64,000 nucleotides of DNA from Eledone cirrhosa. Lineage: Eukaryota. This document shows, one piece after another, positions 37,315 through 52,228 of the stretch. The position numbers and the translations under genes were made by a program. The notes below the pieces were generated by a model, which did no database searches, was not told the DNA's origin, and saw nothing but the letters and a program-made list of their open reading frames with translations. The DNA is taken from contig OZ024740.1 in the NCBI GenBank assembly GCA_964016885.1, positions 66,092,001 to 66,156,000 of the forward strand, written 5' to 3'. Numbering within the stretch: position 1 is the first letter of the stretch; each line of letters starts with the position of its first letter.

Positions 37315-39775
37315 ATAAACGTGGGGCGTGGTTGCTAATGGGTTACATATGAATAAAGTTAGTCCTTCATCAGTGATCTTCCAACCATCATTGGTATTTC
37401 ATCGCTTTAAAGACCATATACCTCCGGTTGGTGCGAGCAACGGCTAAAAAAAGGCGATGGGACACGTAAATAAAGGGGACACGAGAGAGTAAACAAACAA
37501 AGATGGTGAAGCAACGAAAAGTGAGGAAGAAGGAGTCAAGTCCCAAATTTCCATGAATATAAGTTCGGTGAAATCGTGAACGAGAGAGAATAAAGACCAT
37601 CAAAGCTGGTTGGAATGTGAGCAAGGAAGGAATTCCGTACAGGTCTAACGGGCGGAAGAAGGGTTCTAGTCCGTGAATTCTGTGAACGTAAGTTCTGTGA
37701 AATCGTAGACGAGAGATTGTTTGTTTACACTTTCGTGTCCCCTTTATTTACGTGTCCAAACGACTTTTTTTAGCCGTTGCTCGCACCAACCGGAGGTATA
37801 TGATCTTTAAAGCGATGAAATACCAATGATGGTTGGAAGATCACTGATGAAGGACTAACTTTATTCATATGTAACCCATTACCAACCACGCAGCACGTTT
37901 ATTCTCATATTTACACATATTTATTCCCCCGCTGTGACCCGTCTATTTCGTTCTTACTGCTTCCTCTTTCTCTGTATCTTTACCCTCTCTCACAGTCACA
38001 CTCTATGTTAGCCTCTTCCTCACCCTTCACTCACTCACTCTCTGTTACTACCTATCCTCCTCCTCCTTCTTCCCGTTTGACCTGTGCGTAAATCATTTCT
38101 CTCGTACCCTTGGTCAGGCAGGTCGTTTTTTTTTTCTCTATCGTCTACGATTTCACAGAACTTACGTTCACCGAATTCACAGACTATATGCCTTCTTCCT
38201 CCCGTTAGACCTGTACGGAATTCCTTCCTTGCTCACATTTCAACCAGGTTTGATGGTCTTTATTCTCTCTCCTACACGATTTCACCAAACTTATATTCAT
38301 GGAAATTTGGGACTTGACTCCTTCTTCCTCATTTTTCGTTGCTTCACCATATTTGTTTGTTTACACTCTCGTGTCCCCTTTATTTACGTATCCCAACGAT
38401 TTTTTTAGCCATTGCTCGCACCAAAGGAGGTATATGGTATATAAAGCGATGAAATACAGATGATGGTTGGAAGATCACTGATGAAGGACTAACTTTATTC
38501 ATATGTAACCCATTACCAACCACGCAGCACGTTTATTCTCATATTTATACATATTTGTTCCCCCGCTGCGACCCGTCTATTTCGTTCTTACTGCTTCCTC
38601 TTTCTATGTATCTTTACCCTCTTTCACAGTCACTCTCTATGTTAGCCTCTTCCTCACCCTTCACTCACTCACTCTCTGTTACTACCTATCCTCCTCCTCC
38701 TTCTTCCCGTTTGACCTGTGCGTAATTCTTTTCTTTCGTACCCTTAGTCAGGCAGGTTGTTTTTTTTTTCTCTCTCGTCTACGATTTCACAGAACTTACG
38801 TTCACCGAATTCACAGACTAGATCCCTTCTTCCTCCCGTTAGACCTGTACGGAATTCCTTCCTTGCTCACATTCCAACCAGGTTTGATGGTCTTTATTCT
38901 ATCTCCTTCACAATTTCAGCAAACTTATATTCATGGAAATTTGGGACTTGACTCCTTCTTCCTCACTTTTCGTTGCTTCGCCATCTTTGTTTGTTTACAC
39001 TCTCGTGTCCCCTTTATTTACGTGTCCCAACGATTTTTTTAGCCATTGCTCCCACCAACCGGAGGTATATGGTATTTAAAGCGATGAAATACAAATGTTG
39101 GTTGGAATATCACTGATGAAGGACTAACTTTATTCATATGTAACCCATTAGCAACCAAGCAGCACGTTTATTCTCATATTTATACATATTTTTCCCCCGC
39201 TGCGACCCGTCTATTTCGTTCTTACTGCTTCCTCTTTCTCTGTATCTTTTCCCTCTCTAACAGTCACTCTCTCTGTTAGCCTCTTCCACACCCTTCACTC
39301 ACTCACTCTCTGTTACTACCTCTCCTCCTCCTCCTTCTTCCCGTTTGACCTGTGCGTAAATCTTTTCTTTCGCACCCTTGGTCAGGCAGGTCGTTTTGTT
39401 TTTCTCTCACTTGTCTACGATTTCACAGAACTTACGTTCACCGAATTCGCAGACTAGATTCCTTCTTCCTCCTGTTAGACCTGTACGGAATTCCTTCCTT
39501 GCTCACATTCCAACCAGGTTTGATGGTCTTTATTCTCTCTCGTTCACTATTTCACCGAACTTTTATTCATGGAAATTTGGTACTTGACTCCTTCTTCCTC
39601 ACTTTTCGTTGCTTCATCATCTTTTTTTGTTTACACTCTCGTGTCCCCTTTATTTACGTGTCCCAACGACTTTTTTTAGCCGTTGCTCGCACCAACCGGA
39701 GCTATATGGTCTTTAAAGCTATGAAATACAGATGATGGTTGGAAGATCACTGATGAAGGACTAACTTTATTCATA
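37311..39775. mobile_element. ~635-bp tandem array (~3.2 units) with inverted ~405-bp 5' arm
   Basis: ctgatgaaggac at 37844, 38478, 39113 and 39750; inversion junction at 37716/37717. Confidence 0.9.
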
Positions 39776-40438
39776 TATATCATGTCATGTTTGAGATAAT
39801 CACGAAAATTCGCCTTATAACCCAAGAATATGCTCAAAGAATAAATTTGAGAATTTAATCATTACAAAATAGTGAATGACATATATACATGCATATATAT
39901 CTAATGATATATACTTACAATCGAAGATATCAACTTTAACATGAGATAATCTGCATTGAATGTAAGTACACGTGGTTCATTACGGTCTCATATTTAAATT
40001 TAACAAATTCATTATATCCAAGGATTTTCATGACTTTGCTTTCTTTCAAATCATGTTAACCCTCCCACTTATGACGAATTATCTGCCTTAAAAAATGTAG
40101 CAATATATAGGAAATAAAATTTTGAAGATATTAACATTTTTCAAACTCCCTCTGTTTATATGTCAAATAAATATTCATACTTTGTCCTATATGAGGTGAA
40201 TTTTGAAATAAATATTTGTGTTGGATTTTTAATGACTGGCTAATGTAAGTAGAAACTGCCACAACTAAAATTAATAATTCATTTTCCTTATATATTTCAA
40301 TTTAAAATTGAGTTAGACACAAGTTCATCAATTATTTACGTTTCCTAAAATTATCGTGAAATCTTGTTTACTATTTATATTTATTCCTTGGGTTCTTTAA
40401 TAACAGTCACTAGATACTGTATTATAATAACAGTCTTA

Positions 40439-40988
40439 TCTACATAATATAAAGAGAGAGGACTACAAAAAAACCCAAAGAAAACTGAAAACTGGAGTTC
40501 AAATCAAATGTTCAATTCGATTTGAAATCTCTTTCTCGATCCCTCAGTATAATAATTACCAGAAATGTATGAAAATCTGAATGAGCGTGGCCTTCGAATT
40601 TGTGATAATGTAATGATTTGAATTTTCTATCTGAGCGGCCTGTTGTCTCATTCCCTAAGGCACATAATTTCAGTGTTTTAATATAGTCAGCTGAAAATAA
40701 GGATGCTTGTCAGCGAAACAATGTAGACTTGCAACGGAATCGCTTCTCCCGTAGGTCAATGTTTTCTACTCTCAAGCAAAACCGGGAAAAGTTCGGGGCT
40801 TCTGATTGTCTATACGCATGTAATATTGCACTCTAGAATTTATGAGGGAATTCGTTTCAGTCCGATATATTTTTGCCATAGAAATATTCAGTTATTAAAA
40901 ATATAATTATAAACAATTTTTTAAAAATTACAATATTATACAAATGTACTTATAATAGATGCTAAGCAATACCGGGTAATCATCCTAA
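40439..40988 (+). mobile_element. Possible decayed Helitron-like element
   Basis: Starts tctacataatataaa; ends gcaataccgggtaatcatcctaa, resembling the ends of 14468-15446. Confidence 0.4.
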
Positions 40989-41394
40989 TTTCTGGACAGT
41001 TCAATATAAATATTTAAAAAATTATATCTAAAGCTTTTTTTTTTATATTTGAAGAGATGTTAAAATATCGGAGCAAAAAAATGTTATATCTTAATTGCAA
41101 TCAATTGCCACATTGTTAAAATAAAAGCGAGAATTATATATTTGTTTATTTGATATATATTCTGATAATATTTCAATAAGTGTGGCTGAAGGCAAGTTAA
41201 CTACGTAGAGGGAAATAATCTAAATTCCAATATTTGAGGCATTACCATACATTTGTTCAAATAATAAACGGCAGTCGACGTGCTATTCTCTTCTAGACAA
41301 TATGTCTTATACTGCTTCCACCTGTCTCTCTTTGATTATATTGAATAAAACATTCAACAGATATACATTATATGTACATTTACTATGGCTAAGC

Positions 41395-44300
41395 ACTCAG
41401 CCTTGTTACGCTGGACTTTGTTCTACAGACTAGCAGCAACACGAGACAAGTCTACATTTCTAATAACAGACATTAAATAGGGAAGTCCCAGGTTGGGGTG
41501 ATAGGTGGATAAGTGAGTTTTAATGCTTGAGTCAGGAAGGAGTGATGGGTATAATGAGAAAGATGAAGAAAAAAGGAACTCTTAGAGAAATAAGGACATA
41601 GTATGTGTGATGATTACGATGGTAATAAACTTAATAATAGGACTTAATAAATGTGGTTGAAATTTCGGGTGATGATGATGACGAAGCTGAAGGTGAATAG
41701 GTAAACGAAATGAATGGGAAATTACTTGGGCTGAAATGTGGGTATGTATGAATTGGATGAATCAATAACATATTTACTGAAAAGTACTTATTGAGAAATA
41801 GATTTCCTAAAAAGGAAATGGATTTTTCAGTAGATTTCTGCTAGTGGATGATGCTGTGTTGCTGATGAAAATGTTTAGTGCATAAAGGAGAGATAGTGAT
41901 GATGATGATGATGTTGGCGGGGATATTAAAAAATAGAAAAAAATGGAAAAAGGAATTAAGAAGTAAAAGAAAATAGTAAAAGAATAAAGAAAAAACCGAT
42001 AAGTGGCAAAAGATAAAAATAAATAAACATACGAGAGTCAAGATGATGATGATGATGAAACGAGATTTGTGAAATTAGTGAAATTATAGTGATCAAATAC
42101 GTAACGATGATGGCAGTGGCAGATTTAAGGGAAGCTATAAAAATATAAAAATTTGAAAATATGGTGATATAATATAACGTTTTATAAGAATATAATAGGG
42201 AATATAGAATATGAAATATAACATAAACTAAAATACAGAGCAGAATATGAAATGGGAAATATGTTTTATGTCAGTACCACTATTTCTTTCTTTAGGACAA
42301 TACTCATGGAGAGCAGAGGTGAAGGTTTTGGAACGAATAAGAAGTAGGCAAAGACAGAATTGGTGGGTATGTAAAAACGAAAACGGTGATAAAACCTGAA
42401 TAATGGTGGGAATGAAAATGAAAACTAAAAGTACCAACGTAAAGAAAAATAAATAGGGTAATATATAGAAATAAATGAAAATAAGATGAAAAAGTGAAGG
42501 TAGAAAAATGAAAATAAGATAAGAAAGTATAGCTAGATATTAACGTTGATTTACCACATTCAAACGGTAGCATTAATTCACGAGATGAGGGATCTAGAAG
42601 GGGTATTGATAGTGTTGGGGATCAACGGCAGTCAGTGTGCTTGTGTATAAGATGGGTATCGGTGGGCAGATGGATGAGTGTGCCTGTGTATGAATCTCTG
42701 ATATATATGCCATAATGTGCACATCGTTATCCGGTGCGTAATCCACGAAAATAGTGAGTTATCTGGTGTTCGGATTGTTATCATCCGGAGCACTTATATG
42801 CTTCAAGTGGCATTGGCTGAACTTCTTTGTATGTTATGAAGGGGATCTTTCGTCTTGTCAGTTCAGTGCATTGGTAGATGAAGCGAGACTACATTGATTC
42901 TCAGTGGTGAATCTGTTGCATCTTGTGCCTCTGTTATGCCACACTGCTCGATTTAAGGAGAGGGTTAGTTGCGCAATCATATTTATTTGCCAGATGTACT
43001 CAGACATGGTTGTAGTATTTTCACTCGCTTATTTTTGAAAGCATTCAGATGTTGAGAGAATCGGGATTCGAATGCGTTCTTAGGTTTTGTATACAGGTTC
43101 ACTGGACGAGAATTTGTGGTCGAGTGGACACAGAATTCGATTTCTGCAGTTGCATTCACAATGTTCGCGAGGCGTACTGTCAGTTTTGCTATATTTGTTA
43201 TAGTTTAATATTTTTGACATTATATTGTTATGACAGCAGTAGATTACTGTAACTGAACTACAACAGAAATTGTTGTACCAGTTTGAGGTGTTAAAGTACT
43301 TTCTTACAAGGGAGAACTAACAGCCGTTTATTTTAGTGTAGACGTTGATAAAGTAAGGGTTATACTAGATAATCTTCTTGGGTTTTTTATTCTATTCATC
43401 TGGACGGGACAAATGTATGTGAGGTTCTCGTTGAGGCCACTTTTTCAATGTGCGGTTGTGTTAGGGAGAAGCACCGTTAAATATTTGTCTCTTTGAAGAT
43501 GGGCTAGCTATCTGCCTACTCATATTTTCGCTATTGAACGTGTGATATTGAGTAGATGGTTGGAGCCTTTGTTTACATCGCAGCACTTGGTTTATGGAAC
43601 TGCCGATGTATGCCTCTATTTAGGCACAGGGATGAATCCATTATATTCATGATTTTGAGGTTGCTATAACAGTGGGCTTGAGAGCCAGCTATCTGAATCT
43701 ATCAATCAGGTTTTTTCTCATGCACTCCCATATTTACAAACCCACCCACCGACACCTACCCTATACACAAACATTCACTCAGGTTGTGAATGCTCCCCCC
43801 TCATCAACACCATCTCTTTTAGTTCCAACAAGTAGTAAACTTCTGCCACCGCTTAAGGGTTTCATACAATATGTAAGCTATCTTTATAATCTTCCTATTC
43901 TATTTTTTTTTATTTCCCTATTTTTTTTTTTTAATTTATATTTTATCTTTATTTTTCATTTCCATCATTATTCTGGCATTTCCACCGTTTTCATTCTCCT
44001 AATTTCTTGTTTGCCTTTTTTCCAATATTTTCAGCTCTGAGTTCCACGATTATTGTCCCATTAAGCATAAAGAGACGTGATAACATAAAACGTATTTCAC
44101 ATTTTGTACTGCATTATATTTCATATTTCATAGACTATATTCCGTGTTATATTTTCATAATATATTATATTATATTCCCACAATTTCTCATATGTCCCCT
44201 TACATCTGCCACTACCATCACTATTACCTATTCATCACTAAAAGTTCACGAATTTCACAAATCTCGCTTTATCACCCCCCCCCCCCCCCCTCTCCATCTT

Positions 44301-45220
44301 CACACCTCACCCTCCTCATCATGATTTTCACCACTGCTTCCTCCACCTCTTCCTCAACCTCTTCTTCATCATCATCATCATCATCACCACCACCAACACG
44401 AACAACACCACCACCATGGTAAATATTCTGTCCACGTTTATTCCTTTTTCTTTCTTTTTTTATTTCGTTTTAATTTTTTCCATTTCCATTTTTTTTTAAA
44501 TTCTTATTACTGGCGTCTTGCTTTTCTTTTTGTCTTTCGTTTTTATTTTCACTAATACGTCATCATCTATCACTGTCCACTATCCCCAGAATATTTTCAT
44601 CAACATCCACGTCACCACCCACTAGTCGAAAACCACAGAACAGTTACATCCTGTTTTCTCAAGTAATTCTGTTTTTCAACCAATACCAATATCAGTAAAT
44701 ATTTTCTTACAAATATTTTCTTATTTTATTACATTTTTAATATTTTCATTTGCAAAAATTTCCATCGTCTTAGTTTCAAGAATATATTTTCTGAAATTTT
44801 CATATTTTCTCTTAAATCTACATCTTTCACAAATCTTCCTAATTTCACAAACCTCACTTTATCAACTGCAACACCACCGCATATACATTGACGATATCTC
44901 TTTATTTGTCTTATTTTTCCCATTTTCTCCATATTCTTCTTTTTACGTTAAGTTTTCTTTTCTTTTCCTATACATCTGTTTCTTTATTTCTCTTTCTCTG
45001 TTTTATGCCCACTCCTTCTCATAATCACCACCCACTTTCGACTATTCAATAAATATGTTCATCACCACCATCATTTCCCTCCTTCTTCAAATTTCTATAA
45101 CTCCGGAAACACCAACCAAATAGCGTTTATCCAGCCAACACTCTGCTGCATTGAACCTTCCCTACTGTCTACTCGATTAACTTGTGAATGCGTGGTTGAA
45201 ATTCCAGTGTAACAAGGCTC
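41395..45220. mobile_element. Old Naiad-like PLE inverted insertion
   Basis: Diverged inverted arms ~41395-42700 and ~43720-45220; minus-strand centre retains VNKGSNHLLNITRSI, WYN and FIYQC remnants. Confidence 0.7.
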
Positions 45221-45336
45221 ATTGCATCGCGATCTATTAAATGAATATTCTAACGATACTTCGGCATTGAGTTTTTTTGCACGGCGTAGATAAATCAAGG
45301 ATATGTGTGTGTGTGTGTGTGCGTGTGTGTGTATGT

Positions 45337-45435
<99 letters not shown>

Positions 45436-45739
45436 GGTGTGTTTGTGTGTGTGTGTGTGTGTGTGTCTGCGTATAAATAAAGTAAGGAAAACAGTAGAGC
45501 ATGCTAATGGGATTTTCTCATAGAATAACAGGAATTACGAAATGTATCGTACCGGTTTCAGCGAAACTTTGTAGACTTCTTCATGCTACAGAAGTGTATA
45601 AGAATGTGGTATAAGAGAACATGGTCTACATACATATAGATATATAAATGAATTCAGATTTTTGCTCTTTGTCTTTCTCTTCTCTTTGGTAGGCTGAAAT
45701 AGAAGTCCGTCTGTGGCAGTTGGTAGTAGTAGTAGTAGA

Positions 45740-45740
<1 letters not shown>

Positions 45741-45770
<30 letters not shown>

Positions 45771-45788
45771 AAGAAGAAGAAGAAGAAG
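45741..45788. repeat. (AAG)n microsatellite
   Basis: Directly visible. Confidence 0.97.
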
Positions 45789-45879
45789 GGAGATGTACGA
45801 CAGCAACGATAGTGCCAATTCACATGCGCATCAGAAAACCTGATATATGTGCTAACTTGCTCAGGATGTCGAAAGCAGT

Positions 45880-46285
45880 ACATAGGTCATGGGTGTTGGG
45901 TATTTACCGAAAGAATACGATGACAAATACAAATGGCCGAAATGAGGGTCGTCCAAAGGGTATTTGGAATATCCTTACTCGATAGATTGTGTAGCTCGGA
46001 GCTCAGAGTGGCATTCCAGGTAGAGATGTAATTTCTTCAAATTGAGAGATCGCAGCTCCGATAATATGGCATGTGGTTAGAATGTCTCAGAAAAGAATTG
46101 CTGGACAGATTTTAAGAGGAAAAATAGCAGGCAGGGGACCCAGGGGTAGACCCCGAGCAAGATGGTTGGATAACATCCATGAGTTTGACTGGTCTCGCTT
46201 GGGGATCCAGCCGGATGTGTTGGAGATGGTTGCTTCTGACAGGGCTCGCTCGAAGGAGTGTCTGAAGACTATTCCCCCATCAGCC
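45880..46285 (+). pseudogene. RTE-group LINE 3' remnant
   Basis: QMAEMRVVQR...IERSQLR.YGHVVRM...GRGPRGRPRARWLD. Confidence 0.82.
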
Positions 46286-46472
46286 TCTAAGGTATAAGTC
46301 GACGAAGTAGACGAAGACTTTGTTCCACATACGTATATAAATGTCGGGGGAGCAAATTAAATTCAACAACGTCACCATCCCATCAATGTGAGTAAAGCCC
46401 TGCGCCAGATATGCCCATAGATGCACATTCACCCAGAGAGTGAGAGAGCGAGAGAGAGAGAGAGAGATAGAA

Positions 46473-46533
<61 letters not shown>

Positions 46534-47689
46534 AAGAGAGAAGAGGGAGATAGAGTGATAGAGAGGGACAGAGAGAATGGGAAAGGATTATATTCATATT
46601 TTATATTAACATTTAATAAATACAGACAAAAATATCGAATTTCAGATCTTATAAACATTATTGGAGCATTACGTTGAAATATTTGATGTTTGAACCGATT
46701 GCGTTTACTCATTCAATATCGCATTCATACTTAATTTTATTTATGTGTTGCGATCATCCGATTTAACATTTTCTTCGGGATTTTTTTCGAAATATATATC
46801 ACAGTGCACTTATAATATCTACATATCGATCTAAATGGATAGATTCCAGCTATAAATTATGCTCTAAGACAGTTAATTAGCCACAAAACTATGGTTAATG
46901 ATAAGACATAATATTTAATAGGAAAATATATATTAAGGTCTTACGTTCACTATTAGTAATAATGATTAAAATCACAGTGGAAGGATTCAGAATGAATAAA
47001 TACTGTATCTAAAACAAGCCAATTATATTATAAATCTAATCAATCATGACATGAGTTCTCTTACATAACTCCGAAAATTAGAAACACATTGAATTCCGTG
47101 TATGCACTCTTGTTCATTGAAAGGGAATATCTTACGATTCTCCAACTCAATCCCATATCAATATTTCCAAGGCAAATTTCTTAGATGATATACTATATAT
47201 GTTCGATAACCAGACACGAAATGGAATAAAGGTTAATGTATTTTGATCTCTATTTTGACTCTAACAAAGCATTTGCGAGCACATCAGTTTACAATACTCT
47301 AATCTAAGCGCATTTACATTCCCCTAAGGATACTAAATAATTGCCCAAATACGTATCGCCGACGATAACTGTGACTATAGTGCAATTATTAATGATGTAG
47401 TTAGATGTTGTATTTCATTGTTAGCCTCTATAGTGAATTGCTGTAATATATATATTTTCATTTCTGTTCCATCTTTCTGTACATCAATAGTACAATTTGG
47501 AAAGAATCAAGGGAGGCGGTGATAGATTTGATGGCTACGTTTAGCCTGTCAGATAATGAAATATGGTTTGGGTCGTTTTAGTTTTGTATCTCTAGATCCA
47601 CCCTGAAATAAATATCCTATGATTAAAGACATTCATCGTATTCTCAAACGTTTCTTAATGTAGTACTAAATTTGAATATCATTTTGCAA

Positions 47690-49400
47690 TATGTTTAATG
47701 AAATGTGAGGATGATTTCGCTACGAATCAAGTCATTAATTACATCAACGATGCTGTGTTTAATATCACTTCTGAACTCAACATCCAGGAGCGGACTGAAC
47801 CTCTGGGTCCTATTTCTTTACCCTGAAGGATCACAAACCAAATTTCGCCAACAACCCCTCTATTCGGTTAATTAACCCTACGAAGTCTAGTTTAGGTAGA
47901 CTTAGTAAAATGATTTTAGATAGAATTATACCTGAAATTAGAAGCTTGGTCCCACTTGCACTGTGGAATAATTCCTTCGCGGTGATTGATTGTTTCAATG
48001 GCATATGCAACAAGGAACATTGCCGTTTTATCCAATTCGACATCAATAACTACTACACCTCCACCAATTTAGCAATTCTTCTGAGAGCTATCAATTTCGC
48101 TAAAACGCTCACGGTGATTAAGGATTTCAAAGTTGATGTCATCCTCAATGCCCGTAAGTCGGTGATTAATTTCGACTACTCTATTTAGATAAAAACAATT
48201 AATAGTACCCCATTCGACGTGAGTATGGGCGCCAGCGATTCGGCGGAGGTTACATATCTTATTGGTCTTTTCCTTATTTTCTCTATCAGGGAAGAATTCC
48301 CCAATGTGGGCGGTGGTTTGTACCGTGACGACGGTCTTTTGACCATGACAAAGTGCGGTCCACTTTCTTGCGACAGGTTTAAAACACAGCCTTATTTAAA
48401 GGCTTTAACCTCTCCATACAGGTTGATGCTAACCTCTCGGTCATTAATTACCTCGGCGTTATCCTCAATTTGTCGAATGACTTGCACTACCCGTATAAAA
48501 AGCCGAATGATACGTTTACTTACATAAATAAGCATTCTAACCATCCTGCCAGCATAACCAAGGACCTGGTAGAAACGTTTCTTTGAGGTTTTCCCGTCTA
48601 CAAGCGAGCATATTTTCAGTGACCTTTCCACATATTACAATGGAGCTCTTGCTCGGAGTGGAATTGTCGATAAGGTAGCATATACTAAGTATGAGCATAA
48701 GCCAATGAAAAACAGATCCCGACGCTTATATGGTATAACCAACCATATAGTATGGAGGTGGCCACAACATTAGCAAATATCTTTCTCTCCCTTATTAAGA
48801 AGCATTTCCCCTCAGCACATAAATATAACAACATTTTTAATAGAAATACCATTAAAATATCTTACTCTACGACTCCTAACATTGCATATAACATCACTGC
48901 TTGAAATTTAGCTAAATTACCTAGCCGCAGGAACACGTGCAACGCTGTAGCTAGTACTATCTGTAATTGTATGAATCGGGTTGACTGCCCTCTATCCGGG
49001 AAATGACTCTCCAGTAACACTGTCTACAAATGTAAGGTCGAATCCCCCATGTCTAGTAGAGCCTACATAGAGTTAACCGCCAATAGATTCAAAAAGCGTC
49101 TTTACATGCACACCCATTCTTTTCTTAACACTTTAAGAAGGAATATAACGTCACTTTCAGCTTACATCTGGAATATAAAAGACAACCACACCCAATATAG
49201 GTTACACTGGGAGATCGTAGCTGAAGCTAGATCGTATGACGGAAATAAAAGACCATGCGATCGCTGCGCCGTTGAAGCCCTGGAAATATTCTACGCCAAC
49301 AATCACACCTTAAAACAAAAAATCTGAGGCTATTTCGGCTTGTAAACACGAATTGCATAACATGTTCCTGTATTACAACCCCTTATTATACCCTAATGGA
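47690..49400 (+). pseudogene. Decayed Naiad-like PLE RT-EN
   Basis: TLKDHKPNF...IRLINPTKS, FIQFDINNYY, MGASDSAEV, GGLYRDD, SNHP, CNC...CPL, VYKC, CDRCAVE; frameshifts and stops. Confidence 0.88.
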
Positions 49401-50519
49401 TAGTACGAACAATACGGGGGATAATTCACGTCTTAATGTGGTAGCTAAGTATATTTTAAATAATTTTATATTTATACCATTACTTATTTGTATAGGTAAG
49501 TATACCTTACCCGTATGTTTTGTGAAGATACGTATACTTTCTCGTACGTATATATGCTTGTATCTGTTATAGGTGTATATATTATATATACTGGTATATA
49601 TATATATATGGTTATGTGTATATGTGTATTTTGTGTTTGTGTGTGTATGCGTGTATGCGTGTATGCACGTATATAAGGTGTGTATATGTGTATATTGTGT
49701 TTTGGTTGACGTAGGTTTGGTGAACATATGTGTATTTACATGTCGGTATGTGTGTGCGTGCGTTATATACGTATTTATGTGTGTATATTTATATACGTTT
49801 ATATAATTATATGTATATATATACACACACACACATATTTTTTAATATGTATTTGGTGTTTACGTTCGTATGTGTGTGGGTTTATGTATGTGTGCGCGTG
49901 TTTATGTGTACGTCCATGTATGGCGGGTGTTTTTGAGTATGCACGTGTATGTATATATTTAATTATTATTACATTTATGATTTTAATAACCTCTGTCATT
50001 TTCGTTCTACTAATTTATTTACATTATTCTTAACTCTGAAATCAAGAATCATTCGGTTTCCGAAATATAATATTAGGCTACGACTCCATTCATGCCATAA
50101 ACGTGGTTGTGTCTTTGCGTGTAATTGAAATGGGAAAGAAAGAATAATATTATTTACAAACAAGGTTTTTGAAGTAAAAATAAAAATAATAAAAGAGGGT
50201 GGGGATGGAACATGATAAGGAAATGGGATCGAAAGAATAATATTATATACTGGCATAGTTCTTGAGAATAAACAGTACAAAATGTGTTATGGCAAGAACA
50301 CTTGGCTGATCAATGGAAGCAAATGGTAGTCTGGGATTTGATATGATTTCCCTTTTTAGAGAGTTAATATGCAGGGGAAGGTAATTCAGGGTGGTCTTGT
50401 AGGGGAAAGAGAAATGAGAATGGGTAATTCATTTATATAATAACAGGGATTAGGTAGGGTGTGAGGGAGGTAACTCTTTAGAGAACATAGGAATTGGGCT
50501 TTTGTTTATTGTTCGTTCC

Positions 50520-52140
50520 AGTTTTAGTTTAGTCCGAAATTTAGTCCATTAAGTAGAGGTTGGAATTTTTTAATGAAGTACGTTTCCTTATTGGTACGTT
50601 GGATGAAAGAAGCGTTGTCTATGAATTTGTAAATGGGGAAAACATTTTAAGTTTGGATGTTGATTAGGTGTACAATTCGCGATATGTTCACTAAAACAAC
50701 TTTCTCTATTCTTGTATTTTGATTTGTGATCTATGGATTGTTATACATTGTCGGAGGCTGTTTTTTGTCTGTCCTATGTAGTGCTCTCGACAACCCGGTC
50801 AAAACATAGTCTAGGTTTTCAGATGCGCATGTAAAGTTTTATTTAATTGTGAAATCTTGTCCTTGTTTAAAATGGAATGTTGAACCGTCTATTAGATTTA
50901 TGCATATACCACAGTTGCACCTTCCGCATTTATTTTACTGTATGGTTCATTGTAATGCTTGGTTGGATTTTGGCTTGTGTGAGGATAATTTTTTATGGAT
51001 TCAGGTTGTCTTTTGCTCTTTATGATGCTGTGTGTTTGGAGGATTTTGTTCATTCTTGAGTCTCTTTTTAGTAAAGGAATGTTCTGGAAAATGGTGTCGA
51101 ATGCCTCATTGTTGAAGGGGACGTGTATGGAGATGTATGGGAGAGTTTTCTGTTGCGGTTCATTCCTGGGTGTGGGTGTCTGAGTTCCTGGATGTTGAAT
51201 TTTATACACGTTGGAATTCATTATTGATTAGGGACGGTGGGTAGTTTCTGCTGATAAGTGTGTTCTTTAATTCTTCTATTCGTGTGTAGTATGTGTATTT
51301 TTCTGAAACTATTGTGCAGATCCTTCTGGCTAGGTTATAAGGAATTGCCATTTTGGTATGGCGAGGGTGGCACGAGTTAAATGGAAGGTATTGTTTGGAG
51401 TCTGTGGGATTGTAGTATATGTCTGTTTCTATTTTGTTGTTTGTTTTCTTGATGAGGATGTCGAGGAAAGGGCTCTAATCCATTGTACATTGTAAGTTTG
51501 TGTTGAGTCCATTTAGAAGGGTTTTAAACTCAATCAGTCTTTCTATACTTTCATGCCAGAGGATGAAGCAGTCGTCCAGATATATCTTCCAGTTTTTTCC
51601 AGGTATAAGTGGTTACCGTATTTGTCTTGAACTTTGCGGTAGAGAGTGGTTTCCAAATATCCCATGACAAGGTTGGCGTATACGGGGGCTACTTTCGTGC
51701 CCATGGCAGTCCCAGTTTTCTGTCTGTAGTATTTGGCATCGAATTCGAAGAAGCTGTTTTCCAAGATGAATTTGAGTCGTTCCAACACAAATTCTTTATT
51801 TAGGGATGCGCTGTGGAAGTTCACTAGGGAAACTTTCAAGCCAGAATTGTATTGCCTCTATACCTAGATTTTGTGGGATATTGGAATACGGATTGATGAC
51901 ATCAAAGGATACTAGCATGGTATGTTCATTATTAAGTGATTCTGGGAGGTGGTAGAGCATGTCAAGGTCGTCCCTTATGAAAAATTGTATGTGTTTTAAG
52001 AAAGGTTTAAGCAGAATATCTAGGAAATTGATTAGGTGTTGGGTTTCACACGTGGTACCTGTATAATGGGTCTTAATTTAAGGTCATCAGGAGGAGGAAT
52101 ATTTATGTAAATGTATGTGGCTTGCTTGCAGGCCCTGCCA
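50520..52140 (-). pseudogene. Decayed Neptune-like PLE RT-EN
   Basis: LRPI, FDVINPYSNIP, GTAMGTKVAPVYANLVMG, YLDDC, FLDI, YLPFNSCHP, HYIGQT. Confidence 0.85.
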
Positions 52141-52187
52141 ATTACTTCGGTTTCGTGTGTCTTTGGGATACATATATATATATATAT

Positions 52188-52228
<41 letters not shown>

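Noticed and set aside
45544-45590. Minus-strand ATGAAGA...GAAAC-cg-GTA
   Set aside because: A3-G8 mismatch and weak stems; not called as a ribozyme.
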